Assembly (NCBI GenBank): GCA_963717935.1
Contig: CAVQXP010000001.1
Location: forward strand, 181,714 to 245,713
Reading direction: 5' to 3'
DNA: 64,000 bases
DNA from: Candidatus Eiseniibacteriota bacterium
GTDB taxonomy: Bacteria > Eisenbacteria > RBG-16-71-46
This document shows, in pieces, positions 20,148 to 29,931 of this stretch. Made by a program: the position numbers and the translations under genes. The notes below the pieces were generated by a model that had not been told where the DNA came from, did not search any database, and was given only the letters and a program-made list of their open reading frames with translations. Position 1 is the stretch's first letter. The number at the start of each line of letters is the position of its first letter.

Positions 20148-21178
20148 GGCACCCCGCCTTCCCGCCGCGCCGGCCCGACCCCGAGACCGGGCCGCTCCGA
20201 GAGCGCGATCACGCCCCGCTCGAGCGGCGCGCCGACGAAGGGATCGTCCGCCAGCAGCCAGTGCCCGTCCAGGTCCAGGTAGTCGGCCAGCGGGGCGAGC
20301 TGCGCCGCCGCCGAGAGGGCGAGACTCGACTCGACCATCGAGCCCAGCATGACCTTGAGTCCCAGCGCGCGCGCCGCGTGGATCATGCGCAGCATCTCGC
20401 GCAGACCACCCGTCTTCATGAGCTTGAGGTTCACGCCGTCCACGCACCCGGCCAGGTTGCCGAGGTCCCGCAGGTGGTGCGCGCTCTCGTCGGCGAAGAC
20501 CGGGATGCCGCTGCGCTCGCGCACCCAGCGCAGGCCCGCGATGTCCTCGCGCGGCACCGGCTGCTCGACCAGCTCGATGCCGAGCGGCTCGATCTCCCGC
20601 AGCACGCGCACGGCGTCGGCCGGGCTCCACGCGGTGTTGGCGTCCACCTGAAGCCTTCCGGTGTAGCGCCGCCGGATCCGGCGCAGGTTCTCCACGTCGC
20701 CGGGCGCGCCCAGCTTCACCTTGACGAGCGGGAAGTCGAGCACGGCCTCGAGCTTCTCTTCCATCTCGGCGGGCGGGGCCATGCCCAGCGTCACGCAGGA
20801 GCGCGGCGCGGCCGCCGCGTCGAGCCCCAGCAGTCGCCACACCGGGAGCCCCAGCTTCCGGCCGATCCAGTCGTGCAGCGCCATGTCGAGCGCGGCTCGC
20901 GCCGCCCACTGCCCCTCGAGCACCGCGTCGAGCCGCGCCCCGAGCGCCTCGAGCGCGAACGGGTCCTCGCCCAGGTGCGGCGCCCACGCGTCGAGCGCGG
21001 CGCCGGCCAGGGCCCGGCTCTCGCCGTAGTAGCGCGAGGGCGCGGCCTCGCCGAGGCCCTCGAGTCCCTCGTGCTCGATCCGCACCAGCAGGTTCTCGTG
21101 GCACCTGCGTCCGCCCGTCGAGGAGATGCGGAACTCGTAGGTGGTGGCCAGGTCGAGGGGCTCATGCCGCAGGCGCAT
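20144..21178 (-). CDS. Dipeptide (L-Ala-D/L-Glu) epimerase, enolase superfamily
   Basis: KVKLG, VDAN, EQP, ADES, NLKLMKTGG, DLDG. Confidence 0.9.
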   Translation of the reverse strand: MRLRHEPLDLATTYEFRISSTGGRRCHENLLVRIEHEGLEGLGEAAPSRYYGESRALAGAALDAWAPHLGEDPFALEALGARLDAVLEGQWAARAALDMALHDWIGRKLGLPVWRLLGLDAAAAPRSCVTLGMAPPAEMEEKLEAVLDFPLVKVKLGAPGDVENLRRIRRRYTGRLQVDANTAWSPADAVRVLREIEPLGIELVEQPVPREDIAGLRWVRERSGIPVFADESAHHLRDLGNLAGCVDGVNLKLMKTGGLREMLRMIHAARALGLKVMLGSMVESSLALSAAAQLAPLADYLDLDGHWLLADDPFVGAPLERGVIALSERPGLGVGPARREGGVP

Positions 21179-21506
21179 GGTCCCTCCGGAAGGCCGCGAG
21201 GCCCGCGCCCCGCACGGCCTCGAGCACGCACGCGCGCCACGCCGCGGGCAGCTCGCCACCCTGCGGCGCGACGCCGATGCCCCGACGGTCAGCCCCGGCC
21301 ACCGCGGCCGCGGCAACATCACCCACCACCAGGCTGGTCCCTCCCACACCCGCGCGCACGGTGGCCGTCCGTCCCGGTCGGGCCGCACCGATCACCGCCG
21401 CCGCCTCCCCGGGCCGGTGACGCAGCACGCTCCCGGCGGTCTTTGCGTCCGACGGCATCAACCGGCCTCCGGCAAGGAACTCGAGCCTGCGCGGTCGTTC
21501 GAACAT
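21162..21506 (-). pseudogene. DUF1611 N-terminal domain remnant (P-loop domain missing)
   Basis: DAKTA..VLR.RP and GIGVAPQGGELPAAWR..LEA motifs; directly upstream of the epimerase, the usual DUF1611 partner. Confidence 0.6.
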
Positions 21507-21509
21507 GCC

Positions 21510-22730
21510 TCAGCGCAGCGAGTCGTAGACCTGGATGTAGCGGTCCACCATGTCGTCCACGTCAAAGCGCTCGCGCGCGATGCGACGGGCGCGGCGGCCC
21601 ATGGCACGGCGCAGCCTTTCGTCGGTGAGCAACTCGAGCACGGACCCGACGTGACTCGGGACGTCCGTTGCTTCGTGCAGGAATCCGGTCACACCGTCTT
21701 CCACGACCTCGGGCAGACCCCCGACATTGGAAGCCACGACCGGGACCTCGGCGCTCATGGCTTCGAGGGCCACGAGGCCGAAGCTCTCGCTCGAGCTGGG
21801 CAATAGGAAGACATCGGCAAGCGGGAGCAATTCCTCCATGCAATCCTGGTTTCCCAAGAATAGCACGTCCCGTTCCACGCCCAGCTTGCGGGCCAGTTGC
21901 TCGGCTGCCGGTTTCTCCGGACCGTCACCGATCATGACGAGCTTGGCCGTCAGACGCTTGCGGACCTCAGCGAACACCTGAATCACGACCGGGATGTTCT
22001 TGACGGGACGGAAGTTGGAGGCGTGCATCAGGACGCGGGCCCCGGGCGGCGCCAGCTTCAGCCCGGTCCGGCAGCGCGGCACGAAGATCTCCGAGTCCAC
22101 GAAGTTGTAGACCACCTCGATGGGCCTCGTGATGCCGAGACGTTCCCGGGCGCTGTCCGCCAGGAAACGGCTCACCGCCGTCACGCGGTCGCTCGACTGG
22201 ATGCTGAACTGGGTGACGCGGAAGTACGCCGGATCGATGCCGAGCACCGTGATGTCCGTGCCGTGCAGCGTGGTCACGACGCCCAGCTGCCGCGGCAGCA
22301 CCAACTGGCGCGCGAGGTAGGCGCTGGCCGCGAACGGCATGGCGTAGTGCACGTGCAGGAGGTCGAGCCCGTGGTTCTCGACCACCTCGACCATCTTGGC
22401 CGCGAGCGCCAGGTTGTTGGGCGGCTGCTCGAAGACCGGGTAGGTGACGGGCGTGACCTCGTGGAAGAAGATGCTGGACTCGAAGCGCCGCAGCCGGAAC
22501 GGCAGCCGGTGAGCGATGAAGTGCACGTCCCAGCCACGCCGCGCGAGCCCCAGCCCCAGCTCGGTCGCCACCACACCGCTGCCCCCGAAGTGCGAGTAGC
22601 ACGTGATGCCGATCTTCCGCCGCGCCTGCGGGCGCGGGGCCCTCACGCGTGCCTTCGTGGCTCGGCGGCCCACCGCCACTCCCCCGGCGCGGCCCTTCCT
22701 GCCGGCCCCCCGCCGCTTCGCCGCGCTCAT
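21510..22730 (-). CDS. bshA: N-acetyl-alpha-D-glucosaminyl L-malate synthase
   Basis: KIGITCY..GGSGVVATELG, HVHYAMP, TTLHGTDIT, HASNFRPVK, ESFGLVALEAM. Confidence 0.93.
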   Translation of the reverse strand: MSAAKRRGAGRKGRAGGVAVGRRATKARVRAPRPQARRKIGITCYSHFGGSGVVATELGLGLARRGWDVHFIAHRLPFRLRRFESSIFFHEVTPVTYPVFEQPPNNLALAAKMVEVVENHGLDLLHVHYAMPFAASAYLARQLVLPRQLGVVTTLHGTDITVLGIDPAYFRVTQFSIQSSDRVTAVSRFLADSARERLGITRPIEVVYNFVDSEIFVPRCRTGLKLAPPGARVLMHASNFRPVKNIPVVIQVFAEVRKRLTAKLVMIGDGPEKPAAEQLARKLGVERDVLFLGNQDCMEELLPLADVFLLPSSSESFGLVALEAMSAEVPVVASNVGGLPEVVEDGVTGFLHEATDVPSHVGSVLELLTDERLRRAMGRRARRIARERFDVDDMVDRYIQVYDSLR

Positions 22731-23494
22731 CGCGCACCTCCTTCGAGTCCCGGCGGCAGCAGGGCCCGCGCGTCGGTGACCGGCACGGGACCGCGCACGC
22801 GGTAGCCCTCACCGTAGCGCGCGCCGATCAGCGAGCCCAGCGAGCGGGCGCGCGCTTCGATCTCCTCGAGGAACCCCGGCTCGGTGAGGTAGGTCGCCGG
22901 CCCGCGCGCCGGGTCGAGCTGGCTCTGGTGCACGCGCACGGCCCGCATGCGGCGCTCCCACGCGGCGCTCACGTCCACCACGAGGTGCGGCCGCGCCGCG
23001 CTGCGGTAGAGCGCGAAAAGCAGGCGCTCGGGACGGTGGCGCGCCAGGCTTCCTGCGGGGGGCTCGCCGGGAGCGTCCTCGACGGATCGCGGGCCCGCGT
23101 CGAAACGCGCCAGGCCCGCCAGGTAGCAGGCACGCTCGACCAGGCGCGAGGCCTCGACGTGGTCGGGGTGCGCGTCGTCCGGGTCGGGCGCCACGACCAG
23201 CCGCGGCCGGTGCTCGCGCAGACCGGCGACGACCGCGGCCTGCTGCCCGTGGTCGTGGCGGTCGAGGCCGAGGTCCGGCAGGCCCAGGTTCCCCCGCCAG
23301 GCCACGCCCAGCTCGTGCGCCGCGGCGGCGGCCTCGGCGGCACGTTCCTCCACGTCGCCGCGCGTGCCCTTCTCGCCGCGCGTCAGGTCCGCGATCCCGA
23401 CCGCGTGACCGTGCGCGGCGAGCAGCGCCGCAAGGCCACCCGAGGAGAGTTCCACGTCGTCCGGATGAGCACCGAAGAACAGGGCGTCCAGCAT
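22727..23494 (-). CDS. bshB1: Bacillithiol biosynthesis deacetylase
   Basis: GAHPDDVEL, DLTRGE.GTRG, D.HPDH; lies between bshC and bshA. Confidence 0.9.
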   Translation of the reverse strand: MLDALFFGAHPDDVELSSGGLAALLAAHGHAVGIADLTRGEKGTRGDVEERAAEAAAAAHELGVAWRGNLGLPDLGLDRHDHGQQAAVVAGLREHRPRLVVAPDPDDAHPDHVEASRLVERACYLAGLARFDAGPRSVEDAPGEPPAGSLARHRPERLLFALYRSAARPHLVVDVSAAWERRMRAVRVHQSQLDPARGPATYLTEPGFLEEIEARARSLGSLIGARYGEGYRVRGPVPVTDARALLPPGLEGGAR

Positions 23495-23496
23495 GG

Positions 23497-25170
23497 TCAC
23501 AGCTCCACGAGGAGATGTTCGTTGACGCCGCGCGTCAGCGCGCGGACGTGTTCGGCGGCCAGGTCGCACAACGCCGGGACGACCGCTCGACCGCGGTGCG
23601 CCACCACCTCGAGCGAGGCAAGCCGCCGCTCCTGCAGCCGGTCCCCGGGCATCAGATAGTGGCGCAGACGAGGCCACTCCGGGTGCCTCCGCTCGAGGCG
23701 ATGGCGCACCTTGCCGGTGAGACCCTCGAGCAGGCGCTGGAACTGATAGTCCACCTTCGCGCGGACCGATTCCACCAGTTGCGGCAGGCTCGCATCCACC
23801 TCGCGCGCCGAGGCGGTGAAACGCTCGAGACCGCCGAGGGCATCGGCGCGCGCCCGCTCCAGGTCCGCGCGCGGACCGACGGGCACCGACTGCTCGGCCA
23901 GCCGTCGCAGGACCGCGTCCGCGCCCGCCACGACCTCCCAGGCATCCACCTGCGCGGCCTCGATCAGCGTCACGGCAGCGGCCGGCAGCCAGGTGACCCC
24001 GAGGCGCGGCACCGGGCAGGCGGCCATGACCCCGAGAGCCTCGAAGACCTCGCGCAGCTGGGCGAGGTAGGCGATCTCGCCCGGACCGCACGCCATCGCC
24101 ACCGTCGGGAAGACCGCGTCCTGCACGACCGGCCGCAGCGCCACGCTGGGCGAGAGCGCGCAGGCGTCCTGCATCGCGAGCGCCTCCGCCAGCGACAGCT
24201 TGCGCCGCGCGCCGTCCTCGATCGCGAAGACGAACGACTCGAGCGCGGCATCCGAGAGCGGACGCCGGCCCGTCCGGGCTTCCAGCCAGGCGCCCGCCCT
24301 GCGCGCGGCGCCGGCGATCTCCGCGGCGCTCGCCAGGTAGCGCTCGAGCACCGGTCGCGCGGCCGCCCGGAACGCGGGCAGCCGCGGGTCCACGACCACC
24401 AGCCCTTCCTCGGCGAACAGCGCCAGCATCAGGGCGCTGAACGCCTCGCCCAGGTCGCGCGCCTGCGCGAGCGAGCCCCGCAGCAGCTTCCCCGCCTCGC
24501 CATGCCCCCTCAGGCCGGCCCACGCCTGCAGCGCCTCCTCTCCCAGAGCCGCGAGCGGCACGACCGGGACCGCCCCGACCAGCCCCCCCGCGGCGTGCGC
24601 GCCATCGGGCAGCATGCGCTCCCGCAGCGTGAGACCGGGGTCGGCGAAGGTGGCCGAACGGATCTCGTCGAAGTCCGAATCCTCGCCGTGCATCCAGAAG
24701 AGCGGCACGCAGGCCACCCCCGTGCGCTCGGCGATGACCGTCGCGAGGCCCGCCGCGGTCGCGGTCTTGTGCAGCGAGTAGAGCGGTCCGCCGAGCGGCG
24801 CGGGCTGCTGGCCCGCCACCGCGCACGCGGCCTCGCCGCGCTCGAGCCGCCGGAGCGACTCGAGCGACCGCGACGAAGCGCCCAGGCGGCGGTGGTATTC
24901 GGCCAGTTCCACGGCGAGTGGTGCCGCGAGCGGCGAGAGCTTGGCCCGGGCGAGCGCCTGCAGGGCGGCCGTGTCGCTCCAGCGCACGGCGAAGCGCTCC
25001 GCGGCCAGCGGCCCGCCCGCCACCAGGTCCTCGGTAATGGAGTCGAAGAGCCGGTCGTAGGGAGGCTCGGGCCGCGGCGCGACGCGCGCGCGCACGGTCA
25101 CCGGGTTGCGGGCCAGCTCGGAAGGGCGACCGCGGTCGCCCGGGGACAGGAGGGCCATGGGCGAACGCAT
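23497..25170 (-). CDS. bshC: Bacillithiol biosynthesis cysteine-adding enzyme
   Basis: AGQQ..LGGPLYSLHK, FWM.GEDSDFDEI, SPSVALRPVVQD..FP, GPGEIAYLAQL, LQER. Confidence 0.9.
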   Translation of the reverse strand: MRSPMALLSPGDRGRPSELARNPVTVRARVAPRPEPPYDRLFDSITEDLVAGGPLAAERFAVRWSDTAALQALARAKLSPLAAPLAVELAEYHRRLGASSRSLESLRRLERGEAACAVAGQQPAPLGGPLYSLHKTATAAGLATVIAERTGVACVPLFWMHGEDSDFDEIRSATFADPGLTLRERMLPDGAHAAGGLVGAVPVVPLAALGEEALQAWAGLRGHGEAGKLLRGSLAQARDLGEAFSALMLALFAEEGLVVVDPRLPAFRAAARPVLERYLASAAEIAGAARRAGAWLEARTGRRPLSDAALESFVFAIEDGARRKLSLAEALAMQDACALSPSVALRPVVQDAVFPTVAMACGPGEIAYLAQLREVFEALGVMAACPVPRLGVTWLPAAAVTLIEAAQVDAWEVVAGADAVLRRLAEQSVPVGPRADLERARADALGGLERFTASAREVDASLPQLVESVRAKVDYQFQRLLEGLTGKVRHRLERRHPEWPRLRHYLMPGDRLQERRLASLEVVAHRGRAVVPALCDLAAEHVRALTRGVNEHLLVEL

Positions 25171-25259
25171 CCTAGGCCGGCGCTTCGGCGACGGTCAACC
25201 GGCAGGATGCCGGTCGCTTTCCCTTGACGCATCCGCGGAGCCGCGACAGTATCAGCCGC

Positions 25260-25475
25260 CTCTGCCCCGGCTGGCCGGCCTGCTGCCGGGTGTGCGGGCC
25301 GGCTGATGGCCCGGAGCGGGGCGCGAATTCCACCCTGACCTGGACGATGCATGACCCGCTGCTGCGAACGTGATCTGACCGCGGTCTGCCGCGGCCCTGC
25401 GACTGGCCGCTCCGGGGTACCCACGCGCAGCGCGGGCCCGGGGCGCTCGACCCCGGCCGTGCCGCCACCAGTCCC
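25260..25475 (+). ncRNA. Candidate 6S RNA-like structured RNA
   Basis: About 200 nt irregular hairpin: CCCGGAGCGG (25310-19) pairs with CCGCTCCGGG (25407-16), with GGGCC/GGCCC outside an asymmetric bubble; TTGACG -35-like hexamer at 25224. Confidence 0.35.
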
Positions 25476-25558
25476 AGAGCCTCGCATCCCACGGTCATCT
25501 CGCATTCTCGCGACGCCGCTCATGAATCGTCCAGGCTGACGACGCGAGAGCCGACCAC

Positions 25559-26725
25559 GTGATCCCAGGCTCACTCTCCCCCGAAGAGACCCGCCAGGCC
25601 GCCGTCCACGCCGTCTGGACCTTCCCCTCCGTCCTGGCCAGCGCCTTCGTGGTCGCCTGGGGCGCCGAGGCCGCCCAGTTCTACATCTCCCAGGGCCTGG
25701 CCCTGGCGCTGCTCGCCTGGCTGCAGACCCTCCCCGAGTTCGCGGTGGAGGCCGCCATCGCCTGGCAGCAGGACGTGCCCCTGATGACCGCCAATTTCAC
25801 CGGGGCCCTGCGGCTGCTCACCGGGGTCGGCTGGCCGATGATCTGGGTCGTCTTCGCGGTCACGCGCTGGCAGCGCGGCAGCCGGGACCGCTGGCCCAGC
25901 ATCCAGCTCGACCACGAACATTCGGCCGAGATCGTCGGGCTCGTCCCGCCTTTGCTGTACTTCGTCTGGATCATCGTCAAGGGCACGCTCGGCCTCGGGG
26001 ACGCGGCCGTGCTGATCGCGCTCTACCTGGGCTACCTGGTCCTGCTGAACCGCCTCCCTCCCAAGGAGCAGGAGGAGGTGGAAGACGTTGCGCAGGTCGC
26101 GCGTTTGGTGCTCCGCATGCCACCTCCGCTCCGCTGGCTGTCCATCGCGGGGTTGTTCCTGCTGGGGGGCACGGCCCTCTATTTCGTGGCGACCCCGTTC
26201 CTCGAGAGCATGAAGGGCCTCGCCCTGGCGCTCGGCATCGCGCCCTTCGTCTTCGTGCAGTGGGTCGCGCCGTTCCTGTCGGAGTTCCCCGAGAAGACCA
26301 GTGCCTTCTACTGGGCGCGCAGCCGCGGCAAGGCGGGGATGGCGCTCATGAACATGGTCTCCTCCAACATCAACCAGTGGACGGTGCTGGCCGCGATGAT
26401 CCCCGTGGTCTACTCGATCTCGCTCGGGCACCCGGCCGCCGTCCCCCTGCAGGAACACCGGGTGGAGCTCAGCCTCACGCTGCTGCAGAGCATGCTCGGG
26501 ATGGTGATCCTCGCCAACCTCCGCTTCGAAGGGTACGAGGCGGCCGGCCTCTTCGTACTCTGGTTCGCCCAGTTCCTGAAGCCGGGCTGGCGCGAGGAGA
26601 TGTGCGTGCTCTACGCCATCTGGCTCGCCGTGGAGGTGGTCTCCGCGATCTGGCGGCCGGGCCGCCTGCACGCGTTCGCCGTGTTTCCGACGCTCTGGAG
26701 ACAGGCGGGCCGCAGGCCCCGCTGA
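25559..26725 (+). CDS. Cation (Na+/Ca2+ or H+) antiporter, CaCA family
   Basis: Alpha-repeat-like motifs QTLPEFAVE/ANFTGA and PFLSEFPEK/NMVSSNINQWT; about 10 TM helices. Confidence 0.78.
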   Translation: MIPGSLSPEETRQAAVHAVWTFPSVLASAFVVAWGAEAAQFYISQGLALALLAWLQTLPEFAVEAAIAWQQDVPLMTANFTGALRLLTGVGWPMIWVVFAVTRWQRGSRDRWPSIQLDHEHSAEIVGLVPPLLYFVWIIVKGTLGLGDAAVLIALYLGYLVLLNRLPPKEQEEVEDVAQVARLVLRMPPPLRWLSIAGLFLLGGTALYFVATPFLESMKGLALALGIAPFVFVQWVAPFLSEFPEKTSAFYWARSRGKAGMALMNMVSSNINQWTVLAAMIPVVYSISLGHPAAVPLQEHRVELSLTLLQSMLGMVILANLRFEGYEAAGLFVLWFAQFLKPGWREEMCVLYAIWLAVEVVSAIWRPGRLHAFAVFPTLWRQAGRRPR

Positions 26726-26737
26726 GCCACCGGGCCG

Positions 26738-28384
26738 TCAGCGCCCGGTGACGCGGCGGACGAACCCGCGCGCCAGGGACTCGATGGTCCGCAGCTCCTG
26801 CACGCGGAACAGGCGCATCAGGCCCCAGGTCAGGCCCATCATCAGCGCGGAGCCAGCCAGGACGACCGCGCCCTCGACCAGGAGGCCCCGGTGCCAGGCG
26901 GAGCCCAGCGACAGCAGCGCGGCCCAGCACACCAGCCCCGCCACCAGCGAAGCGGCGCCGGCGCGCAGGGAACTGTCGAGGATGCGGCGGCCGCCGAAGG
27001 GCCCGACCCGGCGGCGGATGTAGAAGAGCAGCTGCAGCAGGTTGAGCGTAACGGCCACGGAGCTGGCCAGCGCCAGCCCGCGGTGGCCCAGCCCGAGGAA
27101 GGCCAGCGGCCCGACGAAGAGCAGGTTGAGCGCGAGGTTCACCCCCACCGAGACCACGCTCGCCTTGACCGCGAGCCACGGGGCGTCGAGGGCGTAGAAG
27201 GCGCCGACCATCACGTTCACGCCCGCCGCGCCCGGCACCCCGAGGCCGTACATCACCAGGGCCCTGGCCGTCTGGACCGTGTCGACGGCGCCGAAGCGGC
27301 CGTGCTCGAAGAGCAGCGCCACGATGGGTTGCGAGAGCACGATGAGCCACACCACCGCGGGCAGGGTGGCGACGATGACCAGCCGCAGGGTGGACTCCAG
27401 CGTGTCCTTGAAACGCGGGAGGTCGGACGCGGCCATCGCGAGAGCCTGCTTCGTCATGCTGACCATGCCGAGGGAGACCCCCAGCACGCCCACCGGCAGC
27501 TGCTGGAGCCGCAGCGCGTAGTAGAGCCACGAGACGCTGCCCTGCTGCAGATGACTGGCGATGAGCGTGTTCACCACCGTGTTGATCTGCCAGCCCGCGC
27601 TGCTCACCGTGGCCGGGACCATGAGCAGCGCCACGCGCCGCACGCCCGGGTGCCAGCGCGGCCACTCCCAGCGCAGCCGGAAGCCGAGCTTGTAGAGCGG
27701 CGGCAGCTGATAGGCGAACTGGAGCGCTCCTCCGACCAGCACGCCGATCGCCATCGCGAGCATGGCCGGCTGGCCGAAGGCCCGCACGACCGGGATGAGA
27801 CCGACCCCGACCACGACCATGCCCACGTTGAGCACTGCGGAGGCCAGCTGGGAGACGCCGTAGCGCTCGCGGGCGTTCAGCATCCCCATGGCGACGGCTG
27901 CCAGCACGACCGCCGGCAGGAACGGCAGCATCACGCGGGTCAGGAGGATCGTGAGTCCGATCTTGCTGTAGCCGTCGAGTTCCTGCTGGACCTTCTCGAA
28001 GCCACCCGCCAGGAAGTGCACGATCTGCGGCGCGAACACCCAACCGATCGCGCACAGGCCGGCGAGCACCAGCAGCAGGGACAGCATGAGCTGCCGGCTC
28101 AGCTCCCAGGCCTCTTCCTCCCCGCGGTTGCGGTCGTAGTCCGTGAAGGTCCGCACGAGGGAACGGGTCATCGAGCCCTCGGCCAGCAGGTCGCGCAGCA
28201 GGTTGGGGACGCGAAACGCCACGTTGAAAGCATCGGTCGCGAAGCCCGCGCCGAAGAAGACCGCCATCACCTGGTCGCGCAGGAGCCCCGTGATGCGCGA
28301 GACCAGGATGGCCGCGCCCGAGGCTCCGGCCCCCCGCGCCACACTGCGCTCGGCGCTCGCGCTGGCCGCGCCTCGGATTGTCAC
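26738..28384 (-). CDS. murJ: Lipid II flippase
   Basis: SRITGLLRD, FGAG..TDAF..AFRVPNLLRDL.AEG, YYA.RL.QLP.G. Confidence 0.93.
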   Translation of the reverse strand: MTIRGAASASAERSVARGAGASGAAILVSRITGLLRDQVMAVFFGAGFATDAFNVAFRVPNLLRDLLAEGSMTRSLVRTFTDYDRNRGEEEAWELSRQLMLSLLLVLAGLCAIGWVFAPQIVHFLAGGFEKVQQELDGYSKIGLTILLTRVMLPFLPAVVLAAVAMGMLNARERYGVSQLASAVLNVGMVVVGVGLIPVVRAFGQPAMLAMAIGVLVGGALQFAYQLPPLYKLGFRLRWEWPRWHPGVRRVALLMVPATVSSAGWQINTVVNTLIASHLQQGSVSWLYYALRLQQLPVGVLGVSLGMVSMTKQALAMAASDLPRFKDTLESTLRLVIVATLPAVVWLIVLSQPIVALLFEHGRFGAVDTVQTARALVMYGLGVPGAAGVNVMVGAFYALDAPWLAVKASVVSVGVNLALNLLFVGPLAFLGLGHRGLALASSVAVTLNLLQLLFYIRRRVGPFGGRRILDSSLRAGAASLVAGLVCWAALLSLGSAWHRGLLVEGAVVLAGSALMMGLTWGLMRLFRVQELRTIESLARGFVRRVTGR

Positions 28385-28414
28385 GCGCCGGACCCCATGC
28401 TAGCGTGCCGCGCC

Positions 28415-29248
28415 ATGCTCGCCGCCATTCTCGATCCCGCCGCCCAGGCCGCCGACAGCCTCACGCCCCTGCGTGCGGCCGTGCTCGGTGTGATCCAGGG
28501 CGTCACCGAGTTCCTGCCCATCTCCAGCAGCGCCCATCTGTACGCCGTGCCGGAGATGCTGGGCTGGAAGTACGGAGGCGTGGCCTTCGACGTGGCCCTC
28601 CACTGGGGCACGCTGCTGGCGCTGCTGGCCGCCTTCTGGCGCGACTGGCTCGGCCTCGCGAGCGGGGCCCTGAAGACCGGCCCCGAGGGCGGCACGGCCC
28701 GCTCGACGCTGCTGCGCCTCGCCGTCGCCAGCGTGCCCGCGGCGGTCGCCGGGTTGCTGCTCCAGGACGAGGCCTCGACCCACCTGCGCGCGCTGCCGCT
28801 GCAGGCCACGATGCTGGTGGTGTTCGGGGTCCTGCTCTGGCTGGTGGACCGCGGGCGCCAGGGCGGCCGGTACGCGGACGTGCCGGGCTGGGGCACGAGC
28901 CTGCTGGTCGGCGCGGCCCAGGCCGTGGCGCTGGTGCCCGGCGTGTCGCGTTCCGGCATCACCATGACCGCCGCGCGGGCGTCGGGGATGGACCGCGTCT
29001 CCGCGGCGCGCTTCTCGTTCCTGCTCGCGACCCCGATCACCTTCGGCGCCGGGCTGGTCGAGCTGCGCCACCTGCCGCACGACCTGCCGGTCGCCACGCT
29101 CGCGGCGGGCGTGATCGCCTCGGCAGGGGTCGGGCTGCTGACCATCCATGGGCTCCTGCGCTGGCTCGGTCGCGCGGGTTTCGGAGCGTTCTGCGCGTAC
29201 CGCGTGGCGTTCGCCGGGGCCATCGTGGCCTGGCTCGCCCTGCGCTGA
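28415..29248 (+). CDS. uppP: Undecaprenyl-diphosphate phosphatase
   Basis: QGVTEFLPISSSAHL, LHWGT, PGVSRSGIT, ARFSFLL. Confidence 0.93.
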   Translation: MLAAILDPAAQAADSLTPLRAAVLGVIQGVTEFLPISSSAHLYAVPEMLGWKYGGVAFDVALHWGTLLALLAAFWRDWLGLASGALKTGPEGGTARSTLLRLAVASVPAAVAGLLLQDEASTHLRALPLQATMLVVFGVLLWLVDRGRQGGRYADVPGWGTSLLVGAAQAVALVPGVSRSGITMTAARASGMDRVSAARFSFLLATPITFGAGLVELRHLPHDLPVATLAAGVIASAGVGLLTIHGLLRWLGRAGFGAFCAYRVAFAGAIVAWLALR

Positions 29249-29298
29249 CGCCGGGGAGTCCCTTCCCTTCGCATCGCGTCCTTCCTCGCCGCACGCTC

Positions 29299-29931
29299 TC
29301 AGCGCAGGCGGTCCTTCTTCGTCATCTTGTCGGCGAAGTAGCGATTGAGCCGCTCGCGCAGCGCGACGCGAGCCCGGTGCAATCGCGACTTCACGGCCGC
29401 CACCGACAGACCGAGTTCCGTGCCGACCTCGGCGTTCGAGAGACCCCGGATGTCGCGCAGCACGAACACCGTGTGCAGCTCCTCGGGCAGGCGCTGGATG
29501 CCCTCCGCCATGACCTCCCGCATCTCCGCCGTCAGCAGTTCCTCGGCCGGCTGCGCCGACCAGTCGGGCAGCTGCAGCGGCTCGGCCTCCTCGTTCTGGC
29601 TCTGCGACTGGTCGAGCGAGATGTGGTTGTCGCGGCGCTTGCGGTACTTCATCAGGCTCGCGTTGGTCGCGATGCGGTAGAGCCAGGTCGAGAACGTGGA
29701 CTCGGCCTTGAAGCCTTTCAAGCCGCGGTAGGCGGAGAGGAAGGCGTCCTGCAGCGCCTCGGCGGCATCGTCCTCGTGGCGCAGGATCTTGTAGGAGAGC
29801 CGGTAGACCTTGTCCTGGTAACGGCGCACCAGCTCGTCGAAGGCGCGGTTCTCGCCGCCCTGGGCGAACCGCACCAGCTCCTCGTCGGGCCGCGTACGGT
29901 AGTCGATCGTCGTCCGCTGATGGTCGGTCAT
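29299..29931 (-). CDS. ECF RNA polymerase sigma factor
   Basis: AFDELVRRYQ, DAAEALQDAF, FSTWLYRIATN, VKSRLHRAR. Confidence 0.92.
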   Translation of the reverse strand: MTDHQRTTIDYRTRPDEELVRFAQGGENRAFDELVRRYQDKVYRLSYKILRHEDDAAEALQDAFLSAYRGLKGFKAESTFSTWLYRIATNASLMKYRKRRDNHISLDQSQSQNEEAEPLQLPDWSAQPAEELLTAEMREVMAEGIQRLPEELHTVFVLRDIRGLSNAEVGTELGLSVAAVKSRLHRARVALRERLNRYFADKMTKKDRLR

